Assembly: GCA_002269645.1 (NCBI GenBank)
Contig: NIVC01004253.1
Span: 1-53,174, forward strand
DNA from: Macrostomum lignano
Taxonomy: Eukaryota
DNA: 53,174 nt
Direction: 5' to 3'
Below, one piece after another: positions 22,811 through 35,554 of the stretch. The notes under the pieces were generated by a model that had not been told where the DNA came from, did no database searches, and saw only the letters and a program-made list of their open reading frames with translations. Numbering within the stretch: position 1 is the stretch's first letter; the number at the start of each line of letters is the position of its first letter. The translations under genes and the position numbers were made by a program.

Positions 22811-24876
22811 CTAAAGATGCAATTGGGCTTTTGTAACTGCAGTAATATTATCAATAAACCAATAGTAAAAATATAATCCAAGATAAAAACTAATGCTATA
22901 GGCATTTAGAGGCTACCAAAGCACTAGGCCAAGTTAGTATCATTGTGTCAGAACTTAATTGAGAAAGTAAAATATTTTTTCATTCACTAGGCCTAGTTAA
23001 AAAAATAATAGACCTTTTTTATTTTCCCTTGTTTGCTAGAGCTAGAAGCTTAATATATTAAATAAAAAATAAATATATTATATATACCAAAAATATTTAT
23101 TTATGACAAAGTGTTTTTCTCTGAGTGTTTTGTTATATAGGCCCCTATATTATATTGCTAAGTAAAAATAAAATTATAAAGAAGCATAAAAAAGTAAGAT
23201 AAAAATTTTCAAGGTTTCATTTTCAAGGGTTGGGCTGATTCCCTCCCCCTTAAAAAGTTAGGGATCATGAGTTGTCATGACCCATGAAAATTATGGCATA
23301 GTTTTAATACAAGCCACCTAATTATATGATTATGAAACATGCAGCAGCTGAACAAAAGCTTTGTTTATTTTTTCAGGCCTTATTAATAATTATATATGAC
23401 GTACTTAGGTAAAATTTGAATTCAAACTTTATTTTAGTTGACATATTAAAAAGAAGGCCCTTGCCCTTGGCACTAGGCTCAAGCTTAGACCCAACAATGC
23501 TAGAACTTAAATACACGTTGGCAAATGCGTTCATCAATTTTTTATTCAACCAAACGTTCATTTGATAATTGAGAATAATTTTCACTTTTACAAGCCTAAA
23601 ATACTTTAATTTAAAATCAAATCCTAACACAACGTCACAAACTCGACAAAGTCGATCACCTGGCAGCCTGGCAGCTTATTACGAAAAAATCGATCCTTAA
23701 ACTATGGACTAAAGCCGCAGCATACAAAACGATTTGAGCAATTTGATGAAATATTAAATTTTTTTATTGACTATGCTTTTTTTGCAAGCCAGTGTTTTTT
23801 TTTCTAGCAAGATGCGAAAAAACGAGTGTTCTGTCACAGAAAAGGTAATGTTTGCTACTGTGGCTGTGTAGCAATATACATTTTGTTTTGTGCATTGCTA
23901 GGCAAAAGACATTTTTAAATCAAGTTAATCGCTGAGAGTAAAAAAGATGAATTTATTATTTTTATCCATCCACGGTCGATCATGAAAGCCAGAATTTGAG
24001 AATTCAGTATAAACAAGTAAAAGCTAAATTTGTTTACCAAATGTAACTTAATGAAAATTTAGCTCGCATATTTAGCTCTACAGTGGGTAGGATGATTCAA
24101 TGAAAACTTATCATTTTATTAACAGGATTGCAGCAAATATAATTTGCAATTGTGCGAATACGAATATTGCACCAGTTGCACCAGTCACCAAACTGATACT
24201 CAGATACTGTCTATCCTGATTTCTATATTTCTATATTAGCATGTGACCATAAGTCCGAACTTTCCAGCCTCTAGGTGACTTCTAGATGACTTTTAAAGCA
24301 GACAAGCCAGTTAGTCAAGGTTATTGAAAATTGAAAATTTTAACTTTAACTTGCAGATGTGGCAGAAAAATTAACTAGTTCCTACTAATACTAACTAGTC
24401 TATATTTTTCTAAGAAGGCAACTTTCATAATTAAAAAATATTAATATACTTATGACATTTATGGAATAACTATTTATGCCACTATTATTTTAAGTTTTAA
24501 TAGCCAGAACAACAAAGTTTCAATTACCAAACCAATTTTTTTTAACTATAAGGGTATCCCAAAAGTTCTTAGAATCTTTGCTTTAGCTCCTCAGTACCTT
24601 GACCAATATTTATGCTTTATATGTCAAACTAAAGATAATTTTTCAATAAAAAAAGTTTGTTATTTAATTGAGTCATTTTAGTCAAGAGTTATATTAGGAA
24701 ATGTGAACAAAGGTCAATACTACTAGGCCTAGTGTTATACAACCTTAAATGTCTATGGTGTCCTTTTTCTATCATAAAGTTTTTGCCACACTTAGAGAAA
24801 GACATGGCAACTGTGTCTATAATGCAAAAACTTATAGACACAGCCGCCGTGTCTCTAAGTTTTTGCATTATAGTGA

Positions 24877-25175
24877 CAATGGTATCAGGGTGATAATAGA
24901 ATGCTTGAAAGACTAGCTGAAGATGCCTGGCAGTTGAGGTTTGCCTATTATTGAAGCTTGGTAAGACAAATCTGACATTGCTGCAACAGGATCCTCACAG
25001 TCAACTGGTACTACCTGTTGAAGGTGCCAATAGTATCTGGGTGATGATAGAATCCTTGAGAGACTAGCTGAGGATATCTAGCAGTTAAGGCTTGCTTGCT
25101 GTCAAGGCTTGGTTGATAAAACTAAAGAATTTTGCAATAGTGTATCTATAGTCACTTGGTGCCACTTGTTGAAGC
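24877..25175. repeat. Imperfect direct duplication, period 151 nt
   Basis: Copies start at 24877 and 25028 (CAAT(G/A)GTATC.GGGTGAT..TAGAAT). Confidence 0.85.
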
Positions 25176-25925
25176 TGAAGTCCAAAAGCTCTGCCTAGAT
25201 GCAGGCCAATAACCAAAAAAGTCAGCTAATGCAAATATGTGAGTGATCAATGTGCTGATGAAATTTGGAGGTTAGGCAAGGCTGCACTAAAGTGCAATAC
25301 TAGTTGGCACACAGGGGTATACTGAATACACTAGCACTTATGGGAAAATCTGACCTAGCAGAATTGTTGAATATCTCAACATTCCAGAGGACTGGCAACT
25401 TGATTTTTGTTGAAAAAGCTGCACAACAAAAATTAGCTCATGTTCTTATATCTATATACTAATTTGCGCTATATTTGTGCGTATATGCATGTAATTGATT
25501 TTTTCGAGAATGGCTCAACCGATTCTCTTCAAACTTGCACCATTCGATCAGAAATTTTCCTGGGGTGGCACATGCATCTTGGCTAAGAAATTGATCAATA
25601 TTAAAGGGATTAAATATTCAAAAAAACATGATTTTCTGCAAAGGTCAAGCAGCTCTTTCGACCCGAAATGCATTGTAAGAATGCTAGAAAAAAACCTGAC
25701 TGACTGAATTTCAATTCTGATAAAGATTGCATCATGGCAAGTTGAAAACAGTGCCAAAGAAATGCACACACGACTTGATTTAAATTGCATAACCATATTG
25801 CTAACTTAAATTGACACTGATACTGGCTGACTGAGAAATTGATTATGTCATAACTTTTTACTCTAACTGATTTGCTATAAAAATTGAATTATAAGGGCCA
25901 CAATTCATGTTCTCCAATCAACAAG

Positions 25926-25992
25926 AGATAGCCTAGATGCAAACAGACTGGACTGCTAATTCAGCAACCTGGGTTCAAATCTTAGTAGTGCA
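25926..25992 (+). mobile_element. Degenerate tRNA-derived (Ser-GCT-like) SINE head or tRNA pseudogene
   Basis: A-box-like TAGCCTAGATG, GGACTGCTAAT anticodon-arm-like segment, B-box-like GGTTCAAATC; cloverleaf not intact. Confidence 0.4.
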
Positions 25993-26034
25993 AAATAATG
26001 TTTTTATTAAAACAATATGGTAAACATAAAAGAA

Positions 26035-26960
26035 GCACAATGTCAAACAAAAGTGGCACCATTTCAAACATTAAAGGCCACCATGTCAAACATTAAAGAG
26101 CCACCATGTCAAACATTAAAGAGCCACCATGGAGAACATTAAAAAGCCATCATTACAGACATTAAGGTGCCACCAGGTCAAACATTAAAAAGCCATTATG
26201 TTAAACATTAAAGAGCCACCATGTCAAACATAAAAGAGCCACTATGTCAAACATCAACAAGTCACCATGTCAAGCATATACATGACTCCATTTTAGACAT
26301 TAAAGTGCCACCATGTCAAGTGTATATATGACTCCATTTCAGACATTAAAGTGCCACCATGTCAAACATTAAAGAGCTACCATGTCTAACATTAAAGAGC
26401 CACCATGTCAAATATCAAAGAGCCACCATTTCAAACATTAAAGAGCCACCATGTCAAACATTAATGAGTCACCATGTCAAGCATATAAGTGACTCCATGT
26501 CAGATATTAAAGAGCCATCATTGTAGACATTAAAGTGCCACGTCTGTGCCATGTTTAACATTAATAAGTCACCATGTCAAGCATATACGTGGCTCCATAT
26601 TAAACATTAAAGAGCCACCATGTCGAACATAAAAGAGCTACCATGTCTAACATTAAAGAGCCACCATGTCAGACATTAAAGAGCCATCATTGCAGACATA
26701 AAAGTGCCACCAGGTCAAACATTAAAGAGCCACCATGTCAAACATTAAAGAGCCATCATGTCAAACATTAAAGAGCCACCATGTTGAACATAAAAGAGCC
26801 ACCATGTCGAACATTAAAGAGCCATCATTATAGACATAAAACTGGCACAATGTCAAACATGAAAGAGCCACCTTATCAAACATTAAAGAGCCACCATGTC
26901 AAGCATAATAGAGACAATTACAAACGTAAAAAGAAGCGTCATGCCAATCATAAAGTAGCC
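26035..26960. repeat. Degenerate 23-nt minisatellite GCCACCATGTCAAACATTAAAGA
   Basis: Tandem units read directly, with many transition variants. Confidence 0.95.
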
Positions 26961-27004
26961 ACTATAAAGCTAAGGAAATTGTTGCACTAGATACTTATTG
27001 TCTA

Positions 27005-27810
27005 GTGGATGCTTGCTATCTGGGGGTGCTTGCTATCTGGGGATGCTTGCTATCTGGGGGTGCTTGCTATCTGGGGATGCTTGCTATCTGGGGGTGCTTG
27101 CTATCTTGGGGGTGCTTGCTATTAGGTGGATGCTTGCTATCTTGGGGTGTTTGCTATCTTGGGGTGCTTGCTATCTTGGGGTGCTTGCTATTAGGTGGAT
27201 GCTTGCTATCTGGGGGTGCTTGCTATTAGGTGGATGCTTGCTATCTTGGGGTGCTTGCTATTAGGTGGATGCTTGCTATTAGGTGGATGCTTGCTATCTG
27301 GGGGTGCTTGCTATTAGGTGGATGCTTGCTATCTGGGGTGCCTGCTATCTGGGGATGCTTGCTATCTGGAGATGCTTGCTATCTGGAGATGCTTGCTATC
27401 TGGAGATGCTTGCTTGCTATCTGGAGATGCTTGCTATCTGGAGATGCTTGCTATCTGGGAGTGCTTGCTATTAGGTGGATGCTTGCTATCTGGGCATGCT
27501 TGCCATCTTAAGGGTGCTTGCTATTAAATGGATGCTTGCTATCTTGGGGTGCTTGCTATCTAAGGGTGCTTGCTATTAGGTGGATGCTTGCTATCTGGGG
27601 GTGCTTGCTATTAGGTGGATGCTTGCTATCTTGGGGTGCTTGCTATTAGGTGGATGCTTGCTATCTGGGGGTGCTTGCTATCTAAAGGTGCTTGCTGTTA
27701 GGTGGATGCTTGCTATCTGGGGTGCCTGCTATCTGGGGGTGCTTGCTATCTGGAGATGCTTGCTATCTGGAGGTGCTTGCTATCTGGGAGGTTGCTTGCT
27801 ATCCTGGGAT
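27005..27810. repeat. ~18-nt minisatellite GATGCTTGCTATCTGGGG / GTGCTTGCTATTAGGTG
   Basis: Tandem units read directly. Confidence 0.95.
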
Positions 27811-29459
27811 GTTTTCTTTTTGCATTGCACTTCATTTGAGCAGTTTTTCTATTGTCTATGTGGAGGCTTTATTTGGCCATCTTTTTGATACTTGTAGAGA
27901 GCCAGAGATTCTATCTAGATGCCCCCCATCTAGATTGCTAGTTTTGTCTATTCTGATATAGCAAAAAATTGTCAAGGGGAAGTCCCCCCTCTTGGTAGTT
28001 CAATGAGCAGAAAAATGACTTGGTATTCCTACTGTTAAACAGTATACTTTTTATTGACAATGCCTAATGATTTGTCAAAACCTAGGAAGAGCATCTGGCA
28101 TATGACTACTAGTTATATATTTAAAACTAGCAAAATATATTTAGTATACAAAATTTGTTGAAAGATCTTTGTAATCTGTGTAGATTTATGCATCCTACTC
28201 CTTAGAATAGAAAGCTACATGCATCCTTTAGATGCACTATGCAATAGCTATGGCTAAGCTGTTGTTTGCACATCTGGCCTAATTTAGGCAGGTATATTAA
28301 ATTATTATTATACTATTATCTATTGGTAACCCATATTACTATTGGCTACAGATAGTTATGATATTGATATTGATAACCATTTAGTCTAATATTGACTTAA
28401 CATATTTATTGCTATTAGAAATAATAAGTTGAATCCAAAAAATTATTTTAATGACCCAAAAAAGTATACCAAAAGGTAGGTCCATGCTTTAAAAAATCAC
28501 AATGTGATAGTATTTTAAGGTTCTTTCTTATAGGTATTTTTATGAATGTAGCTATTTCCAATTGTATCCTTTTTGCACATATCTGTTCATTAATTATATA
28601 TGCATTAAGATAATAAAATTGATGGATTGCTAGTATGAGTAGTTTTCATTTTGCATTTTTTGCTTAAAGCTATCAATAAAAACATAAGAGTTGGGTAAAA
28701 CTTTGTAAGGTTTTATGTTTTATAGGTATACAGAATTAGCATGGTTGGCTAAGGCTTATTGATTATCCCCGGGAGTACACTTTTTTATCTTTGTTATAAA
28801 TAGTTTATGTAAGAAAATAGAATACTAAATAGTATTAAATTAATTCAGTAAGGTGGTGTTGACTGGATGTACAACAGATCCATAGAGCATTTATAATAAA
28901 TTAGTTAATTACACCAGCATTAGCTGGGGTAGTTGAGGGTGTGTATGGTGAGTGGCGACCCCCCCCCCAGTCTTTGGACTGAACAGCTGAGCTGTTGGTT
29001 GCACATCTGCCCATTGGCATTAGGATCTGTGTAATAAATTATTGTTATTATTATTATTAGTAGTATTAGTTAAATTAAAAGTAAAAAAGCCTATATTCAA
29101 ATTATTATACAAAATGTATATGGCAAACAATCAGGTTCTTAGTACACTTAGCTTCTATATAAGATTAGTACAAACTCCATACCCATAGGGGTCTATAGTA
29201 TAAAATAAAATGCATATGGTATGTTCACTGTAATACCAGGTCAATGTTTGAAGTTAAAAAAGCTATTATGCAATTATTAAGCTAAAAGATAGAGAGAACA
29301 TTTACTATTTTATTTACTGAAATTTAAGAAGTACACCCAGCACTATTGTATCTGCTGCATGCTTTCCTGCGCATGCCGCTTCGGCGGTTGTTAATAGAAA
29401 CTAAAACAGCCAAGGCTATATTTTATTGCTTTAATCATAAATTGATTGCGTAGAAAGTA

Positions 29460-30053
29460 ATGCCCAGTAAGCTCCCGATTCGAGTTGTGCACGTGTCCGG
29501 CCAAGACGAGGGCTATCCGGCCATCGAGCTCAACCGGCATTCGCCAACCACGCGCGGCTGGGTTAGCTCCAGATTCTGTCTGTACCCGCAGGATCTTGTG
29601 GTTTACCTGGAGCAGAGATCGCGCATTAGAAAAGTGCAGATTTTATCTCACCAGTACCTAATCGCCTCCAAGATTGAATTCTTTGTTGGCGACGTGCCAG
29701 ACGGTGTTTCGCACAATCTGCAGAACGCGCGCTACTCCCGCCTGGGCTACGTGGCCCTGTCAGACAATGAGAAAACCGGATTCCGAGCTCGCGAACTCAA
29801 ATCTGTTCACGTTGACGCTGTTGGCGTCTATCTAAAATTAGTGATTCACAAAAACTACGTGAATAAGCACAACCTGTACAACCAAGTGGGCCTTGTTGCC
29901 GTCAACCTGATTGGCGATCCGCTCTATTCACCCATGGACATTGTCAGCCGGCCGGACAAAGCGCCGGACGATCGGGTATTCGGGCCGGATTATATCTCGC
30001 CGCTCGACGATTTGGCGTTTGATATGTACCAGGTGGGTTGCGGGGTATTTTCT

Positions 30054-30113
<60 letters not shown>

Positions 30114-33100
30114 CAGATAGCAGGTAGGAAGATTGATTCCCATTCCATTTCTGCATCCCTCCTTGCCAAACGCCGCCGCCCTCCGCAGGATCGCGAAATC
30201 GCCGACGTAATTCGCAAGCTGGAGGCCCGCAAGCACGACGCCGTCCTAGCCGAACAATTCGAGCTGGCTAAGCGGCTGCGCGATGCAGTGCTGCAGCTGC
30301 AACGGGTTGGCGAGAAGCTCGGCAAACTCGAAGTAGAAAAGCGCCAAGCAGTAGAAAACGAAGACTATGAGCGGGCCAATTTAAAGAAGATTCAAATGGA
30401 CGAATACCGGCTGCAGATCTATCGCGAACTGGACGTTGCCGGCCTCCTAGCCGGCCGGGCGCCGTTTGACTCCGCCCCATTGTCGATGCCGCCTGCCGCG
30501 GCCGCTCGCCGATCTAGCCCGCCACCGCCGCCGCTACTTGAGCCGATCGGCGCCCGACGTTCGCCAAGCCCGCCGCCGCAGAGCTCCTACCGGCCCGCTG
30601 TGGCCTATTCGACCGATTATGACGACAGGCCGCTGCCGGCGCTGAAGCATCAGCAGACTGGCGGCAGTCACACGCCGCTGCCTGAAGACGACGACGGAGC
30701 CGGCGGCGCTGGCATCACCGGCGAGCCGGAGAATCTCACAGAGAAGGACATGCGAGAAGCCTCGGCTGTTATTGACATGTTCGGCCTGCCGCTGGTGACT
30801 AAAGCCTTCTCTAAGACCTGGTCGCACCGGGAGGACGCCCTTCTAGACGCTTATAAACAAGTTAATGAGATGAGCGCCCAGGATGAGAGAGATCCGAGAC
30901 AGGTGTTTAGGGCCGGCGTTTATCTGTGCCAGCGAGGCGTTCAGGTGAGTTTAATAATCAGCTGCATGCATATGTTATTTGTTCGCATGTTTGTTAGGCT
31001 CTGAACATAAGTGTACACAATTAGAAAGTCAAGGCCGCTGTAGACCCTGTGTGCATGAGTGCGTGTCTGTGCACAGTATTGGCGCACTTGTATGTGCTCA
31101 TTTGCTAGTGTTAGCGATGTCGCCAAAGGCGTTGCGCCAGATTTGCTAATATACGGCCTTTAAAAATAGTCAACAAACAGGTTTGAAAATCGCAGATAAA
31201 CACTTTTTGAAAATCGCAGATAAACATCCGTTAAGAATCGCAGATAAACATCCGTTGAGAATTGCAGATAAACATCCGTCGATTATCGCAGATAAACATC
31301 CGTTGAGAATCGCAGATAAAAATCCGTTGAGAATTGCAGATAAACATCCGTTGAGAATTTCAGATAAACATCCGTCGATTATCGCAGATAAACCCGTTGA
31401 GAATCGCAGATAAACATCCGTTGAGAATTTCAGATAAACTTCCGTTGAGAATCGCAGACAAACATCCGTTGAGAATGAGAATTGCAGATAAACATCCGTT
31501 GAGAATTGCAGATAGACATCCGTCGATTATCGCAGATAAACATCCGTTGAGAATTGCAGATAGACATCCGTCGATTATCGCAGATAAACATCCGTTGGGA
31601 ATTGCAGACAAACATCCGTTGAAAATTGCAGATAAACATCCGTTGGGAATCGCAGATAAACATCCGTTGAGAATTGCAGACAAACATCCGTTGAAAATTG
31701 CAGATAAACATCCGTTGAGAATCGCAGATAAACATCCGTTGGGAATTGCAGATAAACATCCATTGAGAATCGCAGATAAACATCCGTTGGGAATCGCAGA
31801 TAAACACTTGTTGAGAATCGCAGCGAAGCATCCGTTGAGAATCGCAGATAAACATCCGTTGAGAATCGCAGATAAACACTTGTTGAGAATTGCAGATAAA
31901 CATCCATTGAGAATTGTAGATAAAGTCTCTTAGAGCTCATGATTGCATGTTAATATGTGCTATTCAAGTGGCGCAATTGAATTAGCATAAACATATATTA
32001 ATTCACCTGTCGCCTCTCCCCCTCTCTCCGCAGGACAAAGTGTTCTCCGTATTCCGCGCCGCCCTATCCCTCAATAAGCTTCTGCTAACGGACTTCACCC
32101 AGCGTCACTCAATCCAGCGCCACGAGATTCAATACGCCTGCGACCGGGGGCTGCCCGGCCTGCTACAGAAAACTGGCGACACTGCTCCGCGAATGCGCGA
32201 CACCTCTAAGCAGTACCTGGTTGAAATGTCCCAATGGGCCCATCTGCGCCCGCTGCAGGCCGTGCCGCACGAGTGTCTGAAGCCGTTTAAACCGTCAGCT
32301 CACGAGCGCCTAGGCGTTGGTAGAGTAGACGTTGCCGCTGCACTGTACAGGCAGCACGGCCTATCGGATGGCGTCACCCTTGACGGCCTGATGACATTCG
32401 CTGTCAAAGCTCTGGATCATCGCCACGGCGACGTCAGGGAGAGCGCCGAGTCGCTAATAGTTGAATTATACAAGCAGCAGGACAAGGCGGTGGTCAGGTC
32501 GCATCTGCCGCCAGACGATGAGCGGACTAGGCGGAACACTCTCTATAGGAAACTGTTCGAAGCGTTCGACAGAGTTGATGGCAAGCAGCCGCGTGCTGCT
32601 CAGCAGCAGCAGCAGGAGGAGGCGCAGCAGCGTCAGATTGAAGAGCTGAAACGTCAACAGAAAGAGTTGCGCGAGCTCGCCGCCCAGCAGCAGCAGGCCA
32701 AGGAGAAGCCCAAGCAGGACTCGGCGGCGCCACCTTCTAGCAGGAAGGCCAAGCCGGCTGGAGGCAAAGCCAAGCCGGCTAATGCGAGTGAGCAGCAGCC
32801 GCCGCAGGAGCAGCAGGAGCAGCCCCAGCAGCAGGAGACGCCGCGCAATATTGAGGACGAGCCTGTACCCAAGCTGGCTGTTGACGATGACGAGGCTTGC
32901 ATCTTCTGCGACGAGAAGGTTCAAGGCGGCTCTACTGAACAGGGAATGGAAGTGCACTTCTGGAAGAGCTGCCCTATGCTAAAACGATGCACGTCCTGTC
33001 GGCAGGTTGTAGAGATCGCCATGCTGTCCGAGCACCTGTTGAACGAGTGCGAGCACAGCGCCGAGTTCCGCAAATGCCCGTATTGCACCGAGGCCATCCC

Positions 33101-34014
33101 TGTGGCCGAGCATGAGCAGCATGTTCGGTTTGTGAAAATGACCAATGTTCTTTGACTCTCTGTTTCTGTGACTAGAGTTTGCTTATAAACTCTCAGGTTC
33201 GGTCACCGTTCCTTTTCCGCATCCTCAGCTTTAATCACCCGCCACCCGACCTCTCAGCCTGAGCTCCCTGCCATCCCAGATCCTCAGACTGAGCTCCCAG
33301 CCTTCCCAGATCCTCAGACTGAGCTCCCAGCCATCCCAGATCCTCAGACTGAGCTCCCAGCCTTCCCAGATCCTCACACTGAGCTCCCAGCCTTCCCAGA
33401 TCCTCAGACTGAGCTCCCAGCCTTCCCAGATCCTCACACTGAGCTCCCAGCCTTCCCAGATCCTCAGACTGAGCTCCCAGCCATCCCAGATCCCCACACT
33501 GAGCTCCCAGCCATCCCAGATCCCCACACTGAGCTCCCAGCCATCCCAGATCCCCACACTGAGCTCCCAGCCATCCCAGATCCCCACACCGAGCTGCCAG
33601 CCATCCCAGATCCCCACACTGAGCTCCCAGCCATCCCAGATCCTCAGACTGAGCTCCCAACCCTTTAGCTTAGCTTAAAGAAGTAGATAGGCACAGAATA
33701 TTTTAACAGCTGAAAGACAGGTTGGAAATCAGCAAGTAAGAAAGTACCCCAATTCTTTTCCAACCCATTAACTGCCTGGCTCCAGTGACAACCTGTGCAA
33801 CCACGCCGTGGAAGGCCAGAGCCATTGTCCGCTGTGCCACGAGAATTTCCCAACCGGAGACGACGGCTGGAAGGAGCATCTGACTGGCTCGGACGGCTGC
33901 AAGCAGAATCCTAGGCGCCTCATCGCGCTTAACCGCAAGGCGGAGGACGCCGGGGGCGCAGGCGGCGGCAATGGACAGTCGAGGAAGTCCAAACTGCCTC
34001 AGCCGAGGAAATAA
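29460..34014 (+). CDS. CEP104: Centrosomal/ciliary-tip protein CEP104, 883 aa. Exons: 29460-30032, 30189-30944, 32034-33127, 33786-34014
   Basis: N-terminal jelly-roll (LGYVALSDNEKTGFRARELKSVHVDAVG), DYISPLDDLAFDMYQD, coiled coil, TOG-like region, C-terminal Zn fingers (CIFC..HFWKSCPML..C..C..EHL..EC; CPLCHENF..WKEHL). Exons sum to 2652 nt with GT-AG junctions in phase. Confidence 0.95.
30054..30120. repeat. (TAGA)n microsatellite in CEP104 intron 1
   Basis: ~16 tandem units. Confidence 0.98.
31180..31925. repeat. 24-nt minisatellite CGCAGATAAACATCCGTTGAGAAT in CEP104 intron 2
   Basis: Tandem units read directly. Confidence 0.95.
33258..33662. repeat. 30-nt minisatellite CCCAGATCCTCAGACTGAGCTCCCAGCC(A/T)T in CEP104 intron 3
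   Basis: Tandem units read directly. Confidence 0.95.
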
Positions 34015-35554
34015 TTTTATTGCAAAAATAATTGCAGAATTGAAGAGTTCTATTATACAGAACCTGTTTTATTTATACTTGATTGTGCGAAGACAAACAG
34101 AAAAGCTTTATCTGTGATTTTTAATCATCGTTTGTATAATGCGTGCTTAAATACTTTCTGCTGTACTAATCCCCGTCTATCGATTTCCAGTTTGTTCAAA
34201 AAAATTCGGCAATTTTTGTTTTCTTTGATTTCCGTCATTTTTTTGCGAGAGATTTCCAAATTTTTCCGTTTTTCAATAGTTTTTGTATAGCATAGCCAAA
34301 CTGGCCTACTTAATATTAGTTGTGCTAAGTAGTAGTTTTAGCAAATTATGTATCTTTTTGTTGAAGTAGCTTTTCGTAGTTTTAAACAGTGTAATCATTC
34401 CGATTAAAAACTGTACGGTGTTAATTGTGTGATTGTTTCTATTTACCTGCTGTTCCTATATAAATTTTGCTGTCTGTTTTTGTTCCTATAACTCCTTATT
34501 TTTTGTAACTGTTTGATAGCTGTGGGCTGACTTTGTAGTAGCGAGGTATGTTTGGCAATTCAATCAACCAAATCATGTCTGTCCGTCCGTTGGTGTGTGT
34601 GTGTGGGGTGTGTTTATATTTTTTCGACGTATTATTTGTTTGTTAATGATTTCAGGGGAGAGAGAGAGAGAAAGAGACTCTTAAGACTCAGAAGACTCTT
34701 ATAGTATTGTGAAGTTTCAAAGGACCCCGGGGGCCGGATAGAGAGGCTTCGGTATACAGTTATAGCCAGGGATTAGTGTTTGCATTTTGGATTTGCAAGC
34801 CTCATCCATCAATTGTTAATATGCGATTCGAAATGCGGAAAGTTTGAGACAAAAAATGCTGTCATTCTTTGCGCAGAAGCAGAAGAAAAGAACAAAAAAC
34901 CAAATTCACACGAGACTTAACTGTCTTCTTTTACACTTGAGTTCTGATTGCTAAGCCATGCATGCAATTTATTGCTTTGCTAGCCGAGCATAAACTGTTG
35001 GACTTGGCTAGTAAATGACAAATATGCTAATGCATGCGAATTGCGGCAGGTGTGCGTGGGCCCGCCTACCAGTTTTGGCTCCGTAAGTGTATCGTAGCCT
35101 GACTTTAAAATAGAAACTGAGCATTAATACTATATCTATTCTTACGCATATAATAAAATCTAAGGCCTTTAAAAACAAGTTTAGCTGTCTTCTGATTAAA
35201 ACGGGCTCGCTGGCACACATTTTGACAGCTGATTTCGCTTAACTGCGCTCTCACCTAAATATATAGCTCTCACTCTATTTTAATTAGACTAATATGCAAG
35301 CTTAATTAAGCCTTTTAATCTGATTGCTAACTAACTTTAATATCCTCGTATATATGTGTATATGTAAGAATATATTTCAGTGATTTCAAATTTCTATCAT
35401 CTCTGCTAATCGTGTGTATTTTTTCCGAGTTCAAATGAGCCAAATTAGCGACTTTTGATTGGCCTTTAGCAGAATTAGTACCAAACAATGTGCCCGCTTT
35501 CCCGGCGATTTCAATAACCCGTTGTTCTTGTTGTTTCTATTTTTAGAACTAATG

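Noticed and set aside
29460-34014. Elevated CTA-Leu usage in CEP104 (~13 codons) as leakage of TpG>TpA mutation
   Set aside because: No genome-wide codon baseline is available, and the contrast with highly expressed RPS6 is explained by codon optimisation
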